Shown: positions 29,397-34,900 of the stretch, one piece after another | Numbering within the stretch: the stretch's first letter is position 1 | How the letters are laid out: each line of letters starts with the position of its first letter | From: an uncultured Gemmatimonadales bacterium | Lineage (GTDB): Bacteria; Gemmatimonadota; Gemmatimonadetes; Longimicrobiales; RSA9 | Assembly (NCBI GenBank): GCA_963783305.1 | Contig: CAWAMW010000008.1 | Span: 1-34,900, forward strand | Direction: 5' to 3' | Length of the DNA stretch: 34,900 nucleotides | Translations under genes and position numbers: made by a program | Notes under the pieces: generated by a model | Seen by the model: only the letters and a program-made list of their open reading frames with translations | Databases searched by the model: none | Told to the model about the DNA's origin: nothing

Positions 29397-30665
29397 CTAC
29401 TCTCCTGGCGTCTCCGCGCGGTCGCCGAGGATCGAGCGGAGGAGGGTGAGATTCGTTGCACTGGCGCCCTCGGTCCAATCCTCGGTCGGAGCCGGGCCGT
29501 CCAGCGCGGCCCGCATCTCTCGACCCAGCGCCTCCGGCGCCACGCCCTCGCTGGATATCGGAATGATCGCATGCACGCCCCGGAGCCCCCCGAGGATGTT
29601 CCGCACTTTCGGCTGGTATGCCAGGGCAATGACGGGCGTGCCGGCCCGCAAGGCCAGCAGGCCGGCGTGGAGCCGAGTCGTGACCGCGAGCCGGGCCCCA
29701 CCCAGGATCTCGAGCGTCTCCTCACAGCTGTGGAGCCTGTCGTCGTACCGGAGCCGCTCCGCTGGCATCCCTGCTTCGCGAAGGCGTCGCATTACCTCCA
29801 GCGGTGCGGCCCGATCGGCGGGGTAGTTCGTGTCCACGAAGCGGAAGGTCATGCCAGCCGCCTTGGCTTGAACGTCTTCGAGTGCCGAGGCCAGTCCTGC
29901 CGTGTAGGCCCGGAACAGCGCAGGGTCCCGGCGGTGCCATCCGGGGCCGCCGAGCGGGGCCGCGTTCACGACGATCTCCCGTTGATCGCGTTCGCGGGGG
30001 CGGGCCGGTGCGGGCATTGAGAGCGCGAAGTCAGGATACACCGAAGGCCGACGCCCCAGCAAGCCGGCGACAACCGCGGCCGAATCGGGGTCGCGCACCG
30101 AGACCCCCCGAGCGGATCGCAGCGTGCGACGCAGCAGGACACGCCCGAGCCCGGTACGGGGCGGGAGAGCCCCCACCCCCAGGAAGTGGACCGGAACGCC
30201 GACGGCCGTGAATCGCCGGACCACGCGGTGGAGCTTCACCGGCCAGGAGGGGAAGACGTCCATCAGGAGGTTGCCGCCCCCCACCAGGAGCAGGTCTACG
30301 TCGTCGGTCAGCTGCCGGGGAAGTCGCAAGGTGAAGGCAATGGCGTCAACGAGAGCCGGAATGGGGTGGGGGAGCGAGAGGGCGATTCGCGCGGCCCTTG
30401 ATGGCCGTGGCAGCTCCGAGGCGCTCGCGCCGGGTCGCGGTCCGGCGCGAGTTGGCCGCCCTCGTGCGGAGCGTGCATCCACGACATCGACGCCGCTCGC
30501 CCAGGGGTAATGCACGAGCTCCTCCCGTATCGCCGCCGCGTCCAGAGCCAGCACCCGGAGGCGGGCCTCCGGTGCGGCCCGTCGAAGGAGGTGCAGCAGG
30601 CCAATGAGAATGGCCTTGTCGCCCACACTCTGGCGGTTGTAGCTGCCGAAGATGGCTATCCGCAT
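29397..30665 (-). CDS. Polysaccharide pyruvyl transferase family protein
   Basis: GSYNRQSVGDKAIL, VGGGNLLMD, VSVRDPDS, PDFAL, TTRLHAGLLA..GTPVIALAYQPKV. Confidence 0.85.
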   Translation of the reverse strand: MRIAIFGSYNRQSVGDKAILIGLLHLLRRAAPEARLRVLALDAAAIREELVHYPWASGVDVVDARSARGRPTRAGPRPGASASELPRPSRAARIALSLPHPIPALVDAIAFTLRLPRQLTDDVDLLLVGGGNLLMDVFPSWPVKLHRVVRRFTAVGVPVHFLGVGALPPRTGLGRVLLRRTLRSARGVSVRDPDSAAVVAGLLGRRPSVYPDFALSMPAPARPRERDQREIVVNAAPLGGPGWHRRDPALFRAYTAGLASALEDVQAKAAGMTFRFVDTNYPADRAAPLEVMRRLREAGMPAERLRYDDRLHSCEETLEILGGARLAVTTRLHAGLLALRAGTPVIALAYQPKVRNILGGLRGVHAIIPISSEGVAPEALGREMRAALDGPAPTEDWTEGASATNLTLLRSILGDRAETPGE

Positions 30666-30668
30666 CGA

Positions 30669-31784
30669 TCAGGTACCGAACGCCCTCACGATTGCAGTCA
30701 CCACCCGCTCCTGCACGTCCTCGGTGATCTGCGGCCAGATCGGCAGACTGAGCACTTCGCCGCACGCCGCTTCGCTCACCGGGTGCCGCTCCTTCCGGTC
30801 CGCGTACACCGGCAACTGGTGGAGGGCGAGCGGGTAGTAGATCATAGACGCAATGCCCTCGTCGCGCAGCGCCGCCTGGACCCGGTCGCGACGACCGTCG
30901 CCGATTCGGATCGTGTACTGGTGGAATACGTGACGGCGACCCTCCAGCTCTCCGGGCATCGTGACGAGCGGCAGGTCCGCGAGGAGCCGCGCGTAACGTC
31001 GCGCCGCCTGCCGGCGGCCGTCGTTGAACGCCTCGATCCGCCGGAACTTCACGCGCAGGACGGCGGCCTGCATCTCGTCGAGGCGGCTGTTGTAGCCGAG
31101 GATCTCATTGCGGTACTTGTCCACCGAGCCGTGCACGCGGAGCATCCGCGACAGGCGCGCCACCTCGTCGGAATCGGTGGTGATCAGGCCACCGTCGCCG
31201 TAGGCGCCCAGGTTCTTGGTGGGGAAGAAGGAGAAAGCGGCCGCGTCGCCGAGCGCCCCGACACGGGTCTCACCGTACGCGGCGCCGAACGCCTGCGCCG
31301 CGTCCTCAAGGACCGGCACGCCCGCGCTGGCGGCCAGCTCCCGGATCCCGTCCATGTCAGCCGGCTGGCCGAAGAGGTGGACCGGCAGGATCGCTCGCGT
31401 GCGAGGCGAGAGGGCACGTTCGACCTCCAGGGGGTCGAGGTTGAGGCTTTCGCGCTCGACGTCGGCGAAAACGGGCTTCGCCCCCAACAGGCTGATGGAC
31501 TCGGCCGTGGCGAAGAAGGTGAATGGGGAGGTGATGACCTCGTCGCCCTCTCCCACGCCCAGCGCGCGCAGTGCGATCACCAGCGCGTCGGTGCCGGAGT
31601 TGACGCCAATGGCGTGGCGGACCCCCAGCCACTCGGCCACCTCCTCCTCGAACGCCGACACATTGGGCCCCAGGATGAAGTGGCCCGAGCGCATGACCTC
31701 CAGCACGCCGCTGGACAACTCGTCCCACAGCAGATCGATCTCGGGCCCCAGATCCAGAAGCGGGACGGGAGCCGGCTCAGTCAT
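30669..31784 (-). CDS. wbpE: DegT-family aminotransferase (WbpE/WlbC role)
   Basis: VPLLDL, FILGP.V..FE, NSGTDAL, PFTFFATAE, EDAAQAFGA, FSFFPTKNLGAYGDGG, NSRLDEMQAA; follows the wlbA/wlbB homologues. Confidence 0.85.
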   Translation of the reverse strand: MTEPAPVPLLDLGPEIDLLWDELSSGVLEVMRSGHFILGPNVSAFEEEVAEWLGVRHAIGVNSGTDALVIALRALGVGEGDEVITSPFTFFATAESISLLGAKPVFADVERESLNLDPLEVERALSPRTRAILPVHLFGQPADMDGIRELAASAGVPVLEDAAQAFGAAYGETRVGALGDAAAFSFFPTKNLGAYGDGGLITTDSDEVARLSRMLRVHGSVDKYRNEILGYNSRLDEMQAAVLRVKFRRIEAFNDGRRQAARRYARLLADLPLVTMPGELEGRRHVFHQYTIRIGDGRRDRVQAALRDEGIASMIYYPLALHQLPVYADRKERHPVSEAACGEVLSLPIWPQITEDVQERVVTAIVRAFGT

Positions 31785-32376
31785 CCGCCGCCGCTCCGTC
31801 GGCCGCGATCTCCGTGACCCGCTCGTCTTCCAGGCGGTAGGCGCGGCCGCACGCGGCGCACTCCGCAGCGCCGGCATCGAAGCGAAGCGTCTCGCCGCAA
31901 GCGCACGCCCAGCCGATGCGCCGGGCCGGCACCCCGGCCATGAGGGCATGGTCGGGCACGTCCCGGGTCACCACCGCGCCGGCGGCCACGAAGGCCCAGG
32001 AGCCAATGGTGACGCCGCAAACGACGGTGGCGTTGGCACCGATGCTGGCTCCGTACCGTACCCTCGTCGGCTGGTAGTCCTCGCTCGTGTTCCGCGGGAA
32101 GGCGGAGCGAGGGGTGCGGACGTTGGTGAAAACCATGCTGGGCCCGCAGAAGACGTAGTCCTCCAGCACGACCCCCTCGTACACGGACACGTTGTTCTGG
32201 ATCTTGACGCCGTTCCCGATGCTGACCCCCTTGGCCACGTACACGTTCTGGCCCAGGGAGCACTCGCGGCCGATCCGCGTGCGGGAGGAAACGTGGGTCC
32301 AGTGCCAGATCCGGGTGCCGGGGCCCACGTCCGCCCCCTCGTCGACCACCGCCGTCTGGTGCGCGAAATAGTCCAC
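31777..32376 (-). CDS. wbpD: UDP-3-amino-sugar N-acetyltransferase (WbpD/WlbB)
   Basis: GTG 32376; HQTAVVDEGA..RIWHWTHV, CSLGQNV, VKIQNNVSVYEGV.LED.VFCGPSMVFTNV..PRS, GVPARRIGW. Confidence 0.9.
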   Translation of the reverse strand: MDYFAHQTAVVDEGADVGPGTRIWHWTHVSSRTRIGRECSLGQNVYVAKGVSIGNGVKIQNNVSVYEGVVLEDYVFCGPSMVFTNVRTPRSAFPRNTSEDYQPTRVRYGASIGANATVVCGVTIGSWAFVAAGAVVTRDVPDHALMAGVPARRIGWACACGETLRFDAGAAECAACGRAYRLEDERVTEIAADGAAADD

Positions 32377-32377
32377 G

Positions 32378-33437
32378 TCAGTACTCCAGAGGTAGGGAGA
32401 CGCGACCGCCGTCGCGGGCCGACATGTACATGGCAATGAGGAGTTCCAGCGACTGGAGCCCCTCCCGGCCGTCGGTCTCCGGGAGCGCCGTACCTCGCAG
32501 CGCAGCGATCACGTTTCGGTAGTACGCCGTGTGGCCGAACCCGTAGACCGACTCTGTTTCATAGGAGACCGCCATGACCTCCTCGTCCTCAGGGCGCGCA
32601 TCTGCGAAATCCCACTGCTCGACCGTATTGACAGCCACACCACCCAGCTTTGCCGTTCCCTTCTCTCCGATGATCGTGATGGAGCCTTCCAGGTTCTGCG
32701 GGTAGGTCAGCATCGTCACGGTCAGGGAGCCCAGCGCGCCCGACCGCCAGCTTGATGTTGGCCACGCCCGTGTCCTCCACCTCGATCCGCCTGGCCAGGG
32801 TTCCGGTGAAGGCGTGAACCGACTCCACGGGCCCCACCAGCCACGTCAGCAGGTCTATGTAATGGCTGGCCTGGTTCATCAGAGCCCCCCCGTCGAACTC
32901 CCATGTGCCCCGCCACGCCGCGCTGTCGTAGTACTCCTGCGGCCGGGTCCAGAAGACGTTCAGGTTCACCGCGTAGATACGCCCGAACCGCCGCTCGTCC
33001 ACCGCGCGCTTCAGCGCCTGAAGCGTCCGATTGTGCCGGTTCTGCTTCACCACGAACAGCTGCACACCCGCCTGGTCCGCGGCTCGTACCAGCGAGGTGG
33101 CGTCCTTCCACCTCGTAGCCATCGGTTTTTCCGTGACCACGTGCAGACCCGCTTCGGCCGCCGCGATACCCTGCGCCGCATGGATGCCGCTCGGTGTAGC
33201 CAGCACGGCCACGTCCGCCGCGTCCTCCTCCAGCAGCGCATGAAGGGACGCGTAGGGCCGCGCCCCCGTCGCCTCCACACCGGCCTCCAGTGCCGCCGGG
33301 TCTGTGTCGCACACCGCCGTGATCTCCGCCTCCTCCTCGTGGGCGCGGATCGCGTCCACGTGTCGTCCGGATATCCGGCCGCACCCCACCAGCCCGAACC
33401 GGATCCTTCGATCCGTTATGTATGACCTGCGAATCAT
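32378..33437 (-). CDS. wlbA: UDP-GlcNAcA 3-dehydrogenase (WlbA/WbpB); one frameshift near 32750
   Basis: ITDRRIRFGLVGCGRIS, EKPMATRW, FVVKQNR, VFWTRPQEYYD, DGGALMNQASHY, TMLTYPQNLEGSITI.GEKGT, SVYGFGH, closely resembling Bordetella WlbA. Removing the base at 32750 gives IKWRSGALGS. Confidence 0.9.
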
Positions 33438-33454
33438 CTTCCCCCGACCATGGT

Positions 33455-34552
33455 TCAGGAAGTCCGGCCGTGCCGCTTCGGCACCAGGCCCCGCGCCGCC
33501 GTTCGGCGCAAGCGTTCGAACTCCCGGTACTCCTCCGGATGCCACCTCCGCTGGTCCTGGAACTGCTGCGCCAGGAACGCCAGGATCAACCCGATCACAA
33601 CCCCGGCCAGCGTCCCGATCACCACGTTCACGACCAGCGACGGCGACTCGTCCCTTACGTTCCCTTCCGGACCGTCCACCACGGTGAACACCGGCGTGTT
33701 CCGCACCTCCTCGATCCGGGACTGCTCGTACGACTCCGCCAACGAGCTGTACACCCGCTGGCGCAGATCCACCCGGCGCTGCAGCCGGGCGTTCTGGAAC
33801 TGCAGCTCCGATGAGCCCTGCCAGGTCCGGTTCCGCTCCAAGAATGACTGAAGGCTGTCTTCCGCTTGGTTGAGCTCCCGCTGCGCCTCCTGCATGCGCC
33901 GCTCTACAAACTCCCGCTCCGCCGCCGCCCGCGTCTGCCGGGTCCGGCGATCGAACTCCGCCAGGAGCTCCAGGAGCCGCCGGTTAACCGCCGCCGCCAA
34001 TGTTGGCCACTCCGCGCGCGCCGTCAGGTTCACCAGCCCCGCTTCCGCATCGCGCGCCGTGCCCAGGTCGTCGCGGAGCCGCGCCACCGCCGCCGCGAGC
34101 CGCTCACGCGGGGTATCGCCATCCACGTCATAGAAGTCCAGCAGGGTGCCCCGGAGCGTGTCTTCACGCTCCTCACCCACCGCGAACACGTACTCCGTCT
34201 CCACCACCAGCCTAAGCAGATCGCTTGTCCGCACCAGCTCGGTGTAGAGCGCCAGCGACGGCGCTCCGGGCACCGCTCCACCCAGCTCGATTCCGAACTG
34301 CGCGGCCATCCCCGAAAAGGCGCCCTGTCCGCTCCGCTCCCCCTCCGGCATGAACGTCGACTCCGCCGCATATTGCAAAGGGCTCACCAGCGCTACCACC
34401 CCCGCCAACATGGCCACCGCCGCGGCGCAGCCGAAGATGAGCCAGCGGCGGCGCAGGACCACGTTCAGGAGGCCAATGAGTGAAAGGTCCGAAGCATCGG
34501 ACGTGCCACCAGGCGCAGCCGGATTCTCGGAGGTATAGTGAGGCGGGCTCAT
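33455..34552 (-). CDS. wzz: Second Wzz/GNVR-like co-polymerase (paralogue of 2723-3913)
   Basis: Two TMs; YAAESTFMPE, AAQFGI, DTLRGTLLD, EVRNTPVFTVVDGP shared with the cluster A copy; no kinase domain. Confidence 0.8.
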   Translation of the reverse strand: MSPPHYTSENPAAPGGTSDASDLSLIGLLNVVLRRRWLIFGCAAAVAMLAGVVALVSPLQYAAESTFMPEGERSGQGAFSGMAAQFGIELGGAVPGAPSLALYTELVRTSDLLRLVVETEYVFAVGEEREDTLRGTLLDFYDVDGDTPRERLAAAVARLRDDLGTARDAEAGLVNLTARAEWPTLAAAVNRRLLELLAEFDRRTRQTRAAAEREFVERRMQEAQRELNQAEDSLQSFLERNRTWQGSSELQFQNARLQRRVDLRQRVYSSLAESYEQSRIEEVRNTPVFTVVDGPEGNVRDESPSLVVNVVIGTLAGVVIGLILAFLAQQFQDQRRWHPEEYREFERLRRTAARGLVPKRHGRTS

Positions 34553-34594
34553 CTGGAACGGTGGCGAGTCTGGGCTAAACGCAAGGAAAGAAGC

Positions 34595-34623
34595 ACTATA
34601 GTTTACCCTCCGGATCTCTGCAA
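34595..34623 (-). promoter_or_regulatory. Candidate sigma70 promoter of cluster B
   Basis: On the minus strand TTGCAG (34623-34618), 17-nt spacer, TATAGT (34600-34595), 42 nt before ATG 34552. Confidence 0.6.
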
Positions 34624-34900
34624 ACGCACTCTGCATGTGCGGGAAGCTCATGCACGTGTCAAACACCTGCTGGGGCCAAAGGTCCGCTCCAGGCTGTCCC
34701 GTGGGGGAAAAGCGCTAGAGCGGGAACATCTTCCCAGAGCAGGGGCCGGGCCTGGATGCCGCTTTGCGCCACATGATGATCAGGCACCAACGCCAGGTCC
34801 CGCTTCCCTCCACTACTGCGGCGTCCATGTGCAGGGAGCCTCAGCACCTGCCAGCGCACGGACCCGGATCCCGCGTGTTCGCCAGCGCCCCCCCCTTCCG

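Noticed and set aside
34657..34662. Perfect TTGACA on the minus strand
   Set aside because: No usable -10 at 16-18 nt spacing (CACATG); the 34623-34595 pair fits better.
34659..34859. 66-aa minus-strand ORF upstream of cluster B
   Set aside because: No recognisable motif or RBS; treated as intergenic sequence.
1..34900. CRISPR arrays, tRNA/rRNA, transposases, integrases, defence genes
   Set aside because: No spaced repeats, RNA-gene signatures or such protein motifs were seen; nearly all sequence is accounted for by polysaccharide genes.

Overview
High-GC bacterial DNA almost entirely occupied by a surface-polysaccharide supercluster of about 27 genes. The lineage may be Gemmatimonadota-like, but that is only an impression from gene style. 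There are two complete Wzx/Wzy-type modules facing each other. Cluster A (+, 234-14540): large multi-SLBB OPX/Wza exporter, kinase-less Wzz-like co-polymerase, acetyltransferase/oxidoreductase/aminotransferase trio, small phosphoglycosyltransferase, Wzy-like polymerase, GT4s, GT2, flippase and a lipoprotein D-glucuronyl C5-epimerase homologue. Cluster B (-, 34552-22356): paralogous Wzz-like protein, WlbA/B/C (WbpB/D/E) 2,3-diacetamido-uronate pathway, pyruvyltransferase, GT4, flippase, Wzy, an apparent WecA/WbpL-GT4 fusion and an SDR reductase. Between them lie a wzi + RCC1-repeat lipoprotein operon (-) and wbpI/wecB, wbpM/pglF and a GT4 (+). More than a dozen single-base indels, mostly in short homopolymers, split genes and look like long-read errors. 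The most notable points are the exported C5-epimerase inside the cluster, the PGT-GT4 fusion, a G9 tract at the 5' end of wzy, a sigma54-type promoter before wbpM and a possibly structured ~200-nt intergenic RNA. No rRNA, tRNA, CRISPR array or mobile element was seen. All family assignments come from motif recognition by eye, not from database searches.
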